Source of the DNA: Octopus sinensis | Taxonomy: Eukaryota | Reading direction: 5' to 3' | NCBI RefSeq assembly: GCF_006345805.1 | Contig: NC_043016.1 | Coordinates: 25,668,001-25,732,000, forward strand | Length of the DNA: 64,000 bases | In this document: one piece after another, positions 37,985-51,907 of the stretch | Layout of the letters: the number at the start of each line of letters is the position of its first letter | How positions within the stretch are numbered: the stretch's first letter is position 1 | Notes under the pieces: generated by a model | Database searches by the model: none | What the model was told of the DNA's origin: nothing | What the model saw: the letters and a program-made list of their open reading frames with translations, nothing else | Program-made: the position numbers and the translations under genes

Positions 37985-40095
37985 CTCTGCAATGTCACCA
38001 AGTAACTTGCAAGACAAGATCCCTCAACTGAGATTGGTGGGTAGTTTCGAGGGAAGTAGCTTTATGCTAAGTAATGATAGGTTAGCATATGATAGAAGGA
38101 GAAAAAGAAGCAGATGTGTTGTGGTAGAGGAGACACATGACCATCTCTGTTGGAAAAAAAGGGGTAGAGAGAGAATGTAAAGATGTGTCAGAGCATACCC
38201 TCAAATTACAGGAAGAGTTATATAAGTGGGGTGGTATAGAGGATTGGATAGGGTGAGTGGGCAGGTAAGTTCAGAAGATTGCAAAGGAAACTGGGAGGTA
38301 AAGTGTAGAATGCAGTGAATAGAGAACATGGACAGAAGGAAGATAAGATTTAGGGAAGAGTGACATAAACATAACCATCATGCTTTTAGGGCCTTCTTTT
38401 TACTTAGATGGACAGGTCTTCTTAAGCACAGCGAATTGCCAAACATCTCACTCCTTTGTCCATCTCGTCTCTAGCACACTATATCTGATGCCTCTTGTAC
38501 CCAATTTTTCTCTCAATGCTTTTACACTTTGTTGTACATGCACACTGACATTACACATCCAACAGAGCATGCTTACTTTATTTTTTTTTTCAAGCCTTTA
38601 CTTGTACTCTGCATTTACAACCTATGTTTCACTACTATGCAACATTGCTGTTCATATACAAGTGTCTTACAATCTGCTTTTCACTCTGAGGGGAAAGCCC
38701 TTTGTTACCAACTCTCAACTTTCTCTAACCAGTTCTTACTCTAGCAACTATGTTTTCAGAGCATCCTCCACCATTGTTAATTTGGTCATCTAGGTAACAG
38801 AAACTATCTATCATCTTTAAGGATCCTCCTGGGCATTTGAAACTATTTACTGTGTATCCTTTCTGTTTATTGTTCCTGCACATATATCACATACAAAGAC
38901 TACTTTCTCTGTTAACCTTTGCATGCCTTCTGTATCCATAAGCTTGCACTGGGTACACCATATGGAATTTCTACCTACACCTTTTCTACATATTGAGTAA
39001 AGCCATTTATTTGAAGGGATTAGTAATTTGTCTGCTTTTCTGCTTACTAGGACTTTGGTCTTTACTAAATTTCTTTTCTAATTCTATTATACATTCAGCT
39101 ATAAAAACGGGGTCAACAGCACAGAGGAGCTCTGATAGGTACCTAGTCTTAAACTCCTCTGTTATACCGTGAAAGACTATGATACATATGAGGGGGCTAA
39201 AAACCAAACCCTGGTGGACTCCTATCAGAGACACTAAATTCATTGCTATACTCATTGCTAACTTTCACCTTATTGACACCACCCCTATATATAAAGTCAG
39301 TCATCTATCTATAATTTCAGCAATGACCATGAGATGAGAGAACAAGGGACCTTGTCAAAAGCTTTCTCCATATTGACAAATGCCAAGTACAGCAGTTTAT
39401 TTTTGGCAGTTACCTCACTAAGAGGGTACCAGTATTATTACTTCTCCTTGGCACAAAACTTAACTGCATCTCATCTAGATTAACTCTCTTCCTAATTAGT
39501 TGTGCAATGATACTTTCCATAGATTTCTTGACCAGGTCCAGCAATTGATACCTCTGTAGTTATTTTTGTCTAAGGCATCTCCCTTACATTGTTAGCACTT
39601 GACTATAATGCTGCTACACCAGTTGTTGGGTATGATACTTTCCCAGACACCTATGTGGGTGACTAGTCTGTATCCCACTCTATCTGATATTTTCAACATC
39701 TCACCAATAATTCCTGGTGGACTAGGGACTTTCCCTGTTTTCATATCCTTAATTACTCTAGCTATCACACTACTATCAACTTGAACAGCTGGGCTGGGCC
39801 CTCTATTGGGTCTGCATTGAGAAGATTCTCCTCACCTAGCAGCCTTTCATAGTGGCACTTCCATGCTTCTTTCTTCACAGAATCACTAAATGCAAGTGTA
39901 CCATCATCCGTCCCAGTGCATTTCTGTCCTATAACATCACAATTTTCTCTGACACTCTGTCTTGCTATCTGGAACACCTCAGGCCCCTGGTCCTCACATC
40001 ACAGAACATTGGCAAACTGCTTCCTTTCTGCCTCTCTCCTAGCTAAATGTACTTGTCACCTAGCTTCCTGGTACACTTCTCTGCTACCAACATTA
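37985..40095 (-). pseudogene. decayed RTE LINE, RT core to 3' UTR
   Basis: FQIARQSVRENCDVIG, KKEAWKCHYERLL and GVHQGLVFSPLICIIVFHGITEEF...ELLCAVD (degenerate QG-LSP and YADD). Confidence 0.85.
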
Positions 40096-40218
40096 CTTAA
40101 AAAAACATTATGTCTGTAAGTTTAATTCATATATATGTATACGTGCACACACACATATGCATACAACACATCCAAGCACATAAATCTCTTTAAAAGTATA
40201 TATTTATACATATATATG

Positions 40219-40279
<61 letters not shown>

Positions 40280-41529
40280 TCCATTTATCTTTTACTTATT
40301 TCAGTCATTGAACAGTGAGCTTGCTGGGGCACTGCCTTCAAGGGGTTAGTCTAACAAACTGCCCCCTAATATTTTCAGTTTGTTACTAATTCTATTGGAC
40401 TTTTGGCCAAAGCTAGAGACACATATTAACCAACACCAGTTGTCAAATGGGTGTGAGGGGAATACACACACACACACAGAGCTTCCACATTGTTTCCATC
40501 TGCCAAATTCATCTATAAGGCATTGATCCACCAAGGCTCTAGTAAAATTCACCCAAGCTACCATGCTGTGGAACTTGACCCAAAAACATATGGTTACATA
40601 GTGAGCTTCTTAACTACACAATATATGTGAGTACACACACATACACATACACACATATAACTTCAAAGTCACTGACAACATTTTTATATAAGAATAATAA
40701 AATAGTTGTTTTTTTTTTATTATAACTGAACATAAAAACCAACTTCATATATATAAATTTTCAGGATTCCCAAGAATCATGTATATTTAAACAGTAGATG
40801 AAAAGGCTTTTTTTTTTTTCTTTTGTATAATGTAACACTTTTTTTTTCATCAATAAAGAACATGTCTGAAAAAGCTGTAGTGAACAGCAGCCCACCTGTT
40901 TCTATTGATATGTATATGTATGGGTGTGTGTATATATATGAGTTATTCTCAAAATACTGAACAGAAGTCAGATCACAGCTACCAGCCAAATTCATCAGGA
41001 AAGGTCTCTTCACCTCTTTCTTTTTTGATTTAGATAAGCTAGTTTTTCTTTAGCCTGCATGGCTGAGGTGAAACAGATAGAATAGTGAACAAGAGTGAAA
41101 TAACTATGGATAAGGAGTTCCCTGTCTTTAACCAGTAGTTTCATCAATTTCATTGTGTACTACATGGAAAGAAAGATAATGGTAAAGATTGGCAGGATTA
41201 GCAATTAGAGTATTGCTCGAGGGATTGTGTGTACTCTAAGCGTATAACTATAGTCCAGAGAACTGAGCCAGAAGAATGCAGGAGTGTGTACTTGTTTTGG
41301 AAAGTTAAGATAATCCAGTATACATGGAGTTCCCTTATTCACTCCCATCATCTCTCTTTCTTAGCTGTCCTATTGGGTTTTTTTTATTATTTATCTTTTC
41401 TTTTTTGTATGTATGTTGTTTCATTTCCTCTCTTTCTTTTACTGGATTCTTCTCAAAAACCTTCACAGCTTGTAATTTGCTCTTGTAAAATTTCATCATT
41501 TGTTGCCCCTTGTGGCAAAAATATAGAAA

Positions 41530-41793
41530 TTATTATTATTATTGTTATTATTAGTAGTATTATAATAAAGGTGGCAAGCTGGCAGAATTGTTAGTGCGCT
41601 GGGCAAAACACTTAGCAGTATTTCATCTGTCATTACAATTTGAGTTCAAATTCCACTGAAGTCGACTTTGCCTAGGGTTGATAAATTAAGTACCAGTTAC
41701 ACACTGAGGTTGATGTGATCAACTAGTCCCCTACCCAAAAATTTCAGGCCTTGTGCCTTTAGTAGAAATCATCATCATCATCATCATCATCAT

Positions 41794-41825
<32 letters not shown>

Positions 41826-42060
41826 TCATCAAAGACAGTGAGCTGCTAGAATGGTTAGCATGCCAGACAAAATGCTTAGGACCATTTTGTCTGTCTTTAT
41901 TGTTCTGTGTTCAAATTCTGCTGAACTTGATTTTGCCTTTCATCCTTTTGGGGTTGGTAAGAAGTACCAGCTGAGTGTCAGGGTTGATGTGATCAACTTG
42001 TCCCATCCCCCAAATTTCAGGCATTGTGCTTATAGAGGAAATAATTATTGTTATTGTTGT
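41530..42060 (+). mobile_element. two head-to-tail SINE B copies separated by (ATC)n
   Basis: Heads at about 41568 and 41831. Confidence 0.8.
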
Positions 42061-42063
42061 TGC

Positions 42064-42675
42064 TTTTCTTTTTACTTGTTTCAGTCAATAAACTGTGGCC
42101 ATGCAGGAGCATCACTTTGAATTCAATTTGGATGAATCAACTGGAGCACTTATTTTTTTTAAGCTTTGCTGCTTATTCTATCAGTCTTTTTTGCTGAACC
42201 GTTAAGTTATAGGGACATAAATTCATTGACAGACACCATTACTCAAATGGTGGAGTGGAAACAAACAGAAAATTATTATCATTATTATTATTCAGGCTGT
42301 GTGATAAGTAGCTTGCTTACCAACCACATGGTTCCGGGTTCAGTCCCACTGCGTAGCACCTTGGGCAAGTGTCTTCTACTATAGCCTCAGGCCGACCAAA
42401 GCCTTGTGAGTAGATTTGGTAGACGGAAACTGAAAGAAGCCCGTCGTATATATATGTATATGTGTGTGTATGCTTGTGTGTCTGTGTTTGTCCCCCCAAC
42501 ATCGCTTGACAACTGATGGTGGTGTGTTTACATCCCTGTAACTTAGCAGTTCGGCAAAAAAGACTGATAGAATAAATACTAGGTTTACAAAGAATAAGTC
42601 CTGGAGTCGATTTGCTCGACTAAATGCAGTGCTCCAGCATGGCCACAGTCAAATGACTGAAACAAGTAAAAGAAT
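42064..42675. mobile_element. SINE A tail (- 42064-42270) next to full-length SINE A (+ 42294-42675)
   Basis: Opposite-orientation copies about 25 bp apart. Confidence 0.88.
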
Positions 42676-42943
42676 AATCATCAGGACATTGAATAAAATT
42701 TGCAATCTGGGTTCAGTTCCCATCAATGTCAGTTTTACCTTTCATCCTTTGAGGGTCAAATACTGGTGTTGATGTAATCAACTCATCCCTCTCCTCAAAA
42801 CTGCTAGCCTTGTGCAAAAAATTTAAACCATCATTATTGCTGTCATTGTTGTTTTGTTATTATTCTGTTATTAATTTATTTATATACAGTTAATTAGTTA
42901 AATATTTTAGCATGCATATATCAAATTACATTTTCTTTTACAG

Positions 42944-42986
42944 GCAATCCTCTACTTAGAAAAGGTTACATTCCTGGAGATGCTTT
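42944..42986 (+). CDS. candidate 43-nt coding exon (GNPLLRKGYIPGDA-L, phase 1 to 2)
   Basis: ttttcttttacag acceptor, TTT|gtaagt donor, non-repetitive flanks; a second frame (AILYLEKVTFLEML) is also open. Confidence 0.55.
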
Positions 42987-43605
42987 GTAAGTCAGAATCT
43001 TAGCTAATTCAATTTTTATTGTTTTAATATTTAATTTGCATAACTTAATCTTTATGTGTGTCTAAAACTGAGTTTCAAATCTTATGCAAGCAACTGCTGG
43101 GGAGAAATTATCATTCTCAAGTAGTGTAGGGTAATCAGATTTACAAACATGCTAATGAACCTTTAACAAATGATGAATATTTAACAGTTAAAAACTTATA
43201 GGAATATCACTGGAATAACAATATCTTTAGTACATCTTTTATAAACATCTTACATATATGCACAGGCATGGCTGTGTAGGTAAGAAGCTAATTTTGAAAC
43301 TATGTTTCAGGTTCAGTCCCACTATGTAGTACCATAGATATGTATCATCTACTGTAGCCCCTGGGCCAACCAATACTTTGCGAGTGAATTGGGTATATGG
43401 GAACTGTGTAGGTCCCCTGTGTGTGTGTGATTTGATGTTTGTTTGTCCTTGTGCCATCACTTCACAAGTGTTGATTTGTTTATCTCTTCCTAACTTAGCA
43501 TTTTGGTAAAAGATTCTAATAAAATAGTACCAGGCTTAAAACAAACATGACAATATGCACTTCTTCTCTTCACTGTAAACAGTAGTTCAGTAATTCTATA
43601 TTTAA

Positions 43606-43836
43606 TAGCGGCAAGCTTGCAGAATTGTTATCACGCTGAGCGAAATGCTTAGCAGTATTTCATCTGACGTTATGTTCTGGGTTCAAATTCCACCGAGATC
43701 GACTTTGCCTTTCATCCTTTCAAGGTCAATTAAATAAGTACCAGTTACGCACTGGGGTCGATGTAATTGACTTAATCCCTTTGTCTGTCCTTGTTTGTCC
43801 CCTCTCTGTTTAGCCCCCTGGGGGCAATAAAGAAAT
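43606..43836 (+). mobile_element. SINE family B, full length
   Basis: Matches 8908-9148. Confidence 0.9.
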
Positions 43837-44449
43837 ATGTATTTAAGTTTTTAACTCTTTTGTTACCATATTTCTGTTGAAATACACTGCCTTAGTTCCA
43901 GTTAACTTTTAAAATAATGAAAAATTTAGTAAAATAACTTTATCATTCTTGAAGCTGGTGTTTGGAACATAACACTATCAACACTGCTTTGTACTAAATG
44001 TGTGAAAGCAAAAAAGTTTGTTGATACTTAAAAATATTAGGGTTTGTTCATCATCATCGTTTAACGTCTGTTTTCCATGCTAACATGGGTTGGGTGGTTG
44101 TATAAAAATGACCTCTAAATTTCAAAATACTTGGGTCGAGTTTGACTAATGATCTGAATCCTATCTTTGTTGGAACTGAAGCAATCAGATAACAGAAGAG
44201 CCATATTAAAAATCACACCAAAAAAAATATTAAAATTCACTTTTTACTTATTTCTTAAGGTGTTAAAATTTTCATTGCTTGATTGCAACCACAGCTCTTT
44301 CCATGTCAAATCTAAAGGGTTTTAAATAAGAATCTTTATAATTGCCTGTCTTTTTTTTTTCTTTCTCTCAGAGAATACCAGAGATATTCTTCTCTTTGTA
44401 AAGATCTGATTCAAGCCTTCATAACTACTACTAGATACTGTGTATATAA

Positions 44450-44666
44450 TAATAATGATTATCATCATGATGCACTAGGCCTGGAATTTTGAGAGAGGTG
44501 TTAAATCGATTTAGTCAATCCCAATATCCAATTAGTGCTTATTTATTGATCCAGGAAAGACAAAGTCAATCACAATGGAATTTGAACTTGGATTGTAAAG
44601 ACTTGGAAGAAATGCCACTTAACATTTTGTCCTGTGTGCTAATGATTCTGCCAGTTTGCCAACTTA

Positions 44667-44704
<38 letters not shown>

Positions 44705-45140
44705 CCTTTCTACTAATGATACAAAGCCTGAAATTTTAGGGGATGAGATAAGTTGATAATATCAATCCAAGTGTGTAACTGGTGCTTGTTTTATTGATCC
44801 CAAAAGGATGAAAGGCAAAGTTGACGTCAGCAGAATTTGAACTCAGAATGTCAAGGCAGACAAAATGCTGCTAAGAATTTCTCCTGGCATGCTAACAATT
44901 CTGTCAGCTTGCCACGGTTTCAAATTTTGCTACAAGGGCAGCAATTTTTGTGGGTGGAGATGAGTTGATTACATCGACCTCGGGTATTCAACTGGTACTT
45001 TATTTTATTGACCCACCCCCCTTCCAAAGGATGAAAAGCAAAGTTGACCATTTTGGAATTTGAACACTGAATGTAAAGACGGACGAAATGCCACCGAGCA
45101 TTTTGCCCGGTATTGCTAACAATTCTGCCAGCTTACCGCC

Positions 45141-45178
<38 letters not shown>

Positions 45179-45200
45179 TATAATAATAATAATAGCAGCA
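44450..45200 (-). mobile_element. three tandem SINE B copies with (AAT)n spacers
   Basis: Copies at about 44475-44665, 44715-44915 and 44917-45142. Confidence 0.85.
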
Positions 45201-46578
45201 GCAGCAGCAGCACTTTTGTGACATCAGTAAGTCGAACATCAATATGAATTAAATATAAATTAGATGTTCAGTATTCTACATTTGTGCCTTTGATTTCATA
45301 ACAGTGGTTCTGAGTGTAGTAAATATTTCTGTAGGAAACTTCAACTGAATATTGATTGAGATTATTATGATAATGGATTGGCAGGAATAATAAGAGTGCA
45401 GCAAACAAAATGCCTTACAGTATTTAGTTATGATCTGAGGTCATTCTTCATCATAGGCTCTTCCAGAATCGATAAAATAAGTACTGGTTTGAGGGTTTGA
45501 AAGTATTGTGGGTTGATTTAATACCATTCTAAAAACTTAACAACTTCCTCATCAAAACCCCAAAGCTACATGAAAATGCATGATTAATTCAAAACAATAT
45601 AAATAAATAGGCATTACTTTTGACAAGATAATGTGAATGATAAAGGTTGCAGCACTCTGTATATAGTATTGCTCACACATTTTTTTTTTTTTTTCACTGG
45701 AATTGGTGGGGAGAAAATAAAAGATGAATGGCAAATGCTGAACAGATCGAAAAACAAAAAAAAAAATCTTTGTTCATGAAACAATACATTGCATTGTGAA
45801 AAGCTAAGTTTGACCTTATATTATCTAGACTAACATCTTAAACTTATACAGCACAATGCACACACACTTGCAAGTAGTTAACATTATCAATGACTACGTG
45901 TTTCAGTTTTATCCAAATGTTATTATTCTTCAACCCTAGGTCTACACACTAATCCATAAGGCTTATGATCAACGGCATCAGACTGTTCAGTGTTTTCAGA
46001 CAAATTTGTCTTGAACATATACAGTACCCTCAATACTTTCTTGGGCTGGTGGGGGTTGTGATGATGATTGCGGTTTGAAATTAGTAAGGAATATGATTTG
46101 AGGGGGGAAAAAAAATGATTTGACTGGTATCTCTTGCTGACATTGAAGCTGCCTTGGTAGTTTGTTCTACCCAGATATTGCAGTGGGTGTGTGCTGAAAT
46201 GAAGTCATTATCTCCTCCTCCTCCTCTTCCCGTCATACAACAACAAAAACAACAGTAATAGCAATGTTATTTGAAGATAAGTTGATTGAGTGTTCTTATT
46301 AGAGTGTGTAGATAATATTGAGATGACCCTCACAGTTGTATTAATGTTTGTATTTACTGATACACAAAATAATATATGATATATATATATAAACATACAT
46401 ACACACATTGCAACTCTTTGTGTTCGGAGTTCAATTTCCACTGCAGCATGGATGGTAGACTTAAACTGCCACCCTGTTGAACACCATCACTTAACATGTT
46501 AAGTGCCTTTAGTGAAGTGCACTCTTTTGCAAGCATTTGGACAAGTCCTCTAGTTTGAGGCTACTTCACTGTCTCTTT

Positions 46579-46634
<56 letters not shown>

Positions 46635-47184
46635 TGTAAAGGCTCTGGGGCACTACCTTTTCTCCAGAAAAACATATATATATATATATATGTTTGTGTG
46701 GATACACACACAAGCTAATTAATGAAATATCTCTCATGTAGCTGCTCAGTTTGCTAGTAAAACTAACTAAATCTCTTTCAAATCATAACCTGCTGTCTTA
46801 AACTTTTGGGACATCATCATCCTGTATGCTGTAGCCATCAAGGGATAGTGGCAGTTTGCATTTGCAACTGAATGGAGTGGAAAAATGTGAAATGAAGACT
46901 GCTATTCAAAGACATATTATGCTACCTGGTCCTTACAGTTCTGAGTCCAACAGCTTAACCATGATAAGCTAATATGGTAAAAACTGGAATGCTTTTGATC
47001 AAGGATCTGCTCAACCAGAGATGACTGGAATTGAATAAAACAGTGATCTCTGACATAAACTGACACAATCACTTAAATTTGGTACCACTTCACTGTGTTC
47101 TTGCTGAACATAATATAAAAGATACTTTTTTCTTATTAATCTCCCTACTCACAGTAAGGACTGAATAGACATTATTGATTATTA

Positions 47185-47395
47185 AGTGGCTGTGTGGTAA
47201 GTAACTTGCTCACCAACCACATAGTTCTGGGTTCAGTCCCACTGTGTGGTACTTTGGGCAAGTGTCTTCAAAGCCTTGTGAGTGGATTCTATTAGACCAA
47301 TAGAATAAGTACTGTCGATTTGCTCGACTAAAGGTGGTGCTCCAGCATGGCCACAGTCAAATGACTGAAACACGTAAAAGAGTAAGAGAGTAAAG
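47185..47395 (+). mobile_element. SINE A with deletions
   Basis: Head joined to tail without the microsatellite. Confidence 0.8.
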
Positions 47396-47839
47396 AGAGC
47401 TGATAGCGATTAATTCAAGACTGTTGTCATTATATGTACTCCTCAACCCCACACCCTTAGAGATTTTGATGGATTCTTTTCTTTAATCACGTATACACAT
47501 GTGCGAGTGAATTTTAATGATATAACTTTGAGGACCAGTTTTTGTCAATTCCGGCAGGATCAGAAATCTTAAGACGTTTTGTATCTGCTGTCAAAAGTGA
47601 TGATGATGATGATGACAGCAAACACATTCATTATGGTTGTATTAATGATGTTGGGAGGTCAGTTGGGGTGACACACTTTGCAGCAGTTTATACTCTATTC
47701 ACAGATATGATACAAGCATGTGTGTGTGTGTGTGTTTGTGTTTGTATGTATCTAGATGAGTCATTATTTCCTCCTGGTGCACCAATCTTTGCAACATATG
47801 ATGATTATTATTGTTATTATTATTATTATTATTATTATA

Positions 47840-48355
47840 CCCCCTCCCCCCAAATTTCAGGCCTTGTGCCTTCAGTAGAAAGGATTATTGTTATTGATTT
47901 TAATATTATTATTATTATTATCTTCATCATCATCATCAACATCACCACCAACACCACCATCAATCAATCATCATCATCATCAAGGTGGGAAACTGGCAGA
48001 TTCACTAGCAAGCCAGATGAAATGCTTAGTGGTATTTCATAGTCTTTATGTTCTGAGTTATTTTTCTGCTAAGGTTGACTTTGCCTTTCATCCTTTCGGA
48101 GTCACTAAAATAAGTACTCAGTTGAGAGCACTGGGTTTGATGTAATCAACTTGCCATTTTCTCTGAACTTGCTGGCCTTGTGCCAAAAATGTGAAAGTGT
48201 TAGTGGCATTTTCTCTGTCTTTATGCTCTGAGTTCAAATTCTCCCAACTTTGACTTTGACTTTCATCCTTTCAGAGCCAATAAATTAAATACCAGTCAAG
48301 CACTGTGGTCAGTGTGATTTTATCCTCTCCTCTGAATTACTGAAACCATTATTAT
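47840..48355 (+). mobile_element. SINE B array (tail, full copy and partial copy)
   Basis: Repeated CTTTGCCTTTCATCCTTTC domain in an (ATT)/(ATC) context. Confidence 0.8.
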
Positions 48356-48543
48356 TCTTATGCTCCTTTTGGTTTTGGTTTTGTTTTAATTTATACAAAC
48401 TACACTCGTCTCTCAAGGAAAAATGTCAAGGGACAACAAGATTTTGCATCTATAGATGCCATGCAATTGAAAAACTGTTGTCAGTGCAAAAAAATCTGTT
48501 TATAAAATTTATGGTAACACTGAATGAGCAAGCTTGCATTTAA

Positions 48544-48762
48544 CCCTTTCATTACTGTATTTATTTTGAGATGCTCTGTGTTATTACAATTACTTTAAAT
48601 ATAACAAGGAATTTAGTAAAATAACTTAGTTATCATTCAGCTAGTGTTGGGAACATGAATTGTGACTAAGGTTTGGTGGAAGATCTTAATTCAACACATA
48701 TGAAAACAAGACATTTGTACTCAGAGCCAGAGCCGGTTTCAACTGGGTTGGTAACGAAAGGG
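48544..48762. mobile_element. complete M1-related MITE
   Basis: TTAA|CCCTTTCATTAC ... GTAACGAAAGGG|TCAA. Confidence 0.75.
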
Positions 48763-48774
48763 TCAAATGGAGAG

Positions 48775-49570
48775 GAATTTATGTAAAACATGTAAAGTAT
48801 GATCTTTTACAATTCACCTATTTTGGGGCTGCTAGGAATTTCGTCTACATGTTTGTTTGCTCCTTTTGATATCATTCCAAATGCCCCAATAAAATGTTGC
48901 TTTGAGATGCCACATTCTTCTGATTTCTGTCTCCAAGTCTTTATATTTGCTCAGTTTTCTCAAGTGTTTTCTGAAATGTGTTTTAGTCAGTGGGGCTGCA
49001 AAATCACTCAAAAGACCAAGTCTTCAACACAGTTTGTGTGATATCATCATCATCGTTTAACGTCCGTTTTCCGCGCCAGCACGGGTTGGACGGTTCGACC
49101 AAGGTCTGGGGAGCCAGGGGCTGCCCCAGATATCTGGTCAGTTATTTATTTCTCAATCAGTTGGAACACTGAAATTCCAAAAGATGGTAACTTCATAATT
49201 CTGGGCAACTTGTGGTGGTTTGTGTTCCTTCCTGTTCTCTAAGTGAGGGAGTTTGCATGTGCAGCAGTGCAGCATATTGACCAATGTATGTACTGCGCTA
49301 TCCTGTTCCTGTCATGTCTTTGCTGCCATTCAGCTGCATCCAGAGATTATGTGGCCCTGGCCCAATTTTGGTAATCACTCATAATCACTTCTGGGAATAC
49401 TACTTCCTACTGAATTTTGTTTTCCATAAAATCACATTCAAGCTTCTTGTCTTAAACTCTTCCCCACCCAACCACCCCATTTTCAGATATACTTTGAAAT
49501 TAATTAGCAAATCTCATAGATAGAACTGTTTGAATTGCCCGCATTTCTTCTAAGATATTGTTTCAAGGCT
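48775..49570 (-). pseudogene. decayed R4/Dong-clade LINE C-terminus (REL endonuclease)
   Basis: HIISGC, YIHWSIC, EHKPPQV...VTIFWNFSVPTD...PDI, KLSKYKDLETEIRRMWHLK and IGAFGMISKG...IPSSPKI motifs in the expected order. Confidence 0.85.
49043..49128 (-). mobile_element. very short RTE tail inserted in the R4 relic
   Basis: (CAT)nCGTTTAACGTCC; TSD GATATC at 49040-49045 and 49129-49134. Confidence 0.85.
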
Positions 49571-49664
49571 TTGAAGATGTGTGTGTGTGTGTGTGTGTGT
49601 ATAGGAAAAGAATGGGCCTATAAAAATAGACTGGGTTAGATGACCTTACTGAACATCAGCATAA

Positions 49665-50045
49665 TCATCATCATTTAACATTTGTTTTCCATATTGGCAT
49701 GAGTTGGAGAGTTTGATAGCAGCTGGCAAGCCACAGAATTGCACCAGCTGCTTTGGCATGGTTTCTATGGCTGGATACCCTTCCTAAAGCCAACTACTTT
49801 ACAGACCAAACGGGGTGGTTTTTATGCGGCAACAGTGCTGGTGCCTTTTACAACACACAAGTGGAGTTGCCAGGTAGCTTGCGGGACAAAGATCCCTTGT
49901 CTGGGAGAAGTGGTACTGAAGGAAGTGGTTTTGTGCTAGTTGAGAGGTTAAAGTATATTAAAGGGATAGAGATAGTAAGCTATAGAGGAGATATTCCACT
50001 ACCCTCAGTAGAAAAGGAAAGAAGAGGAAAGAGATAGAGAAAAAG
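49665..50045 (-). mobile_element. RTE 3' tail
   Basis: TTTCTATGGCTGGATACCCTTCCTAAAGCCAAC motif and (CAT)n. Confidence 0.75.
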
Positions 50046-50156
50046 ATAAGCCCTTCGTTATTTTAATGACTGTCAAACCATTGTTTTACTAGGTCTTCAA
50101 TGGAGCAGAAACACTCATTAGTGGATCAAGCAACCCTGTTTCTTGTCATATATGTA

Positions 50157-50375
50157 TAAGGGGGTGCTGAAAAGTTTCTGTTGTAAAGGGTATCGTGAAA
50201 GGACTGGTTCGAGGCTCTCGACCTTCTGAGTTCTTTTACAGGGCTTAGAAAAACTGAAAGACAGCTGCAATAAGTATGTGAATCTGAGAGGGAATATGTT
50301 GAATAAAATCATAATTAACTGATCCTCCTGTATTTTCTTTTACCACAAAACCAAGAACATTTCATCACTCAAACA
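50157..50375 (+). mobile_element. mariner-derived non-autonomous element
   Basis: TA|TAAGGGGGTGCTGAAAAGTT end with a degenerate mate at the right; encodes GLEKLKDSCNKYVNLRG/EYVE*, like the mariner transposase C-terminus. Confidence 0.75.
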
Positions 50376-51790
50376 TATATGTGTATGCATGTGTCTCCTT
50401 GTTTTGATATTGGTTTAAAATTTTGGTACGAGGCCAGCAAGTCTGGAAGAGGAGGGGAAGTCAATTACATTGACCCCCAGTGCTCAACTGGTACTTATTT
50501 TATTGACTCCCCAAAAGGGATGAAAGGCAAAGTCGAACTTAGACCATTAATGCTGCTTAGTAGTTTGCCCTGTGTGCTAACTATTCTGCCTGCTCCCTTG
50601 TCTTGGTATTGCACAATAATTATAGGCAGGCATCACATTTTAAACAAAGTAATGTCATTCATTTCCAGTTTTCCTTGAAAAACATGTCTGTATATGGGGA
50701 AATGTTTATTACCTTGCTTGGTGACAGGAAGGGCATCTGACCTAGAAGATCTGCTTCAACGAATTCTGTCTGACTCATGCAAGCATGAAAAGTGAATGTT
50801 AAGATGATTTGATGATTTCTATGTCTGTATGTATAGAGACAGACAGACAGACACACACACACACACACACACATACATGTTTATGTAGTTTTTTGTGTGT
50901 CATATTATTGTAGAAGGTAACTCATGTGTAGTAAACTACACCTTAACATATATCTATGCTGATGCTACAAATTTCTGATTTGTAAAGCCACACCAAATCA
51001 GCAAAAAAAAAAAAGAATTGTGTGTGTGTGTGCATTTATATTTACATACTTGCATATGCAATATATATGACAGTAAGGGGACATAGAGAATAAAGAAAAA
51101 AAAATCTCTAATATAACAAAAAAATGTGACAAGATTTTTTTTTAAATGCTCTATAAATGTAAAAATAAAAAAATAAAATAGAATCAATAAAACAGGTAAA
51201 AAAAATATCCAGTAAATAAATAAATAAATAAATAAATAAAAGTGTATTGTGTAAGTATTTGTAAAGGTATACACATACATTGAACTCAATTAGCTGGAAT
51301 AATGAAGTGGAGTGGGCAGAATTGAATAAAGTATAAAAAAAGAATCGTTTATAAAAGGAAAAAAAAAAAGTGTCTTAAGATTACACTACTTTTTTTTCTT
51401 TTCTTTTTTCTTCTTTTTTTAAGCTGAACACTACAATAGCTTATGTATGTGTTTATATGGCTGTGTGTGTGTGTGTGTGTGCAAGCAAGCTTACAATTTA
51501 AACTGGTCTCTTTATGTCTTTTATATCATCTCTCTTCTCACACACACACACAGAGCAATGTACAAACACATTTACTTGTGTGAATGTGTGTGCCCTGTGC
51601 CTTCTTTCACATCACCTCTCTTTCTTTCTCTGTGACTCATTTTTTTTTCTTGTTCTTTTCACTCTCACTCCTTACCACCCACTCTATCCCTCTTAACCTT
51701 TCTTTAGTGTTATCTTTTTTCTGTCTATGTCTATCTGTCTGTCTATCTATCTCTTTGCCTCTCTGTTTAACTGTTTAAAATTTGTCTATT

Positions 51791-51833
<43 letters not shown>

Positions 51834-51907
51834 GAATCACCATATCAAGCAACTCTGGTGATTGAACCACTGTTTTTTGATATTATTATTATTATTATTA
51901 TTATTAT

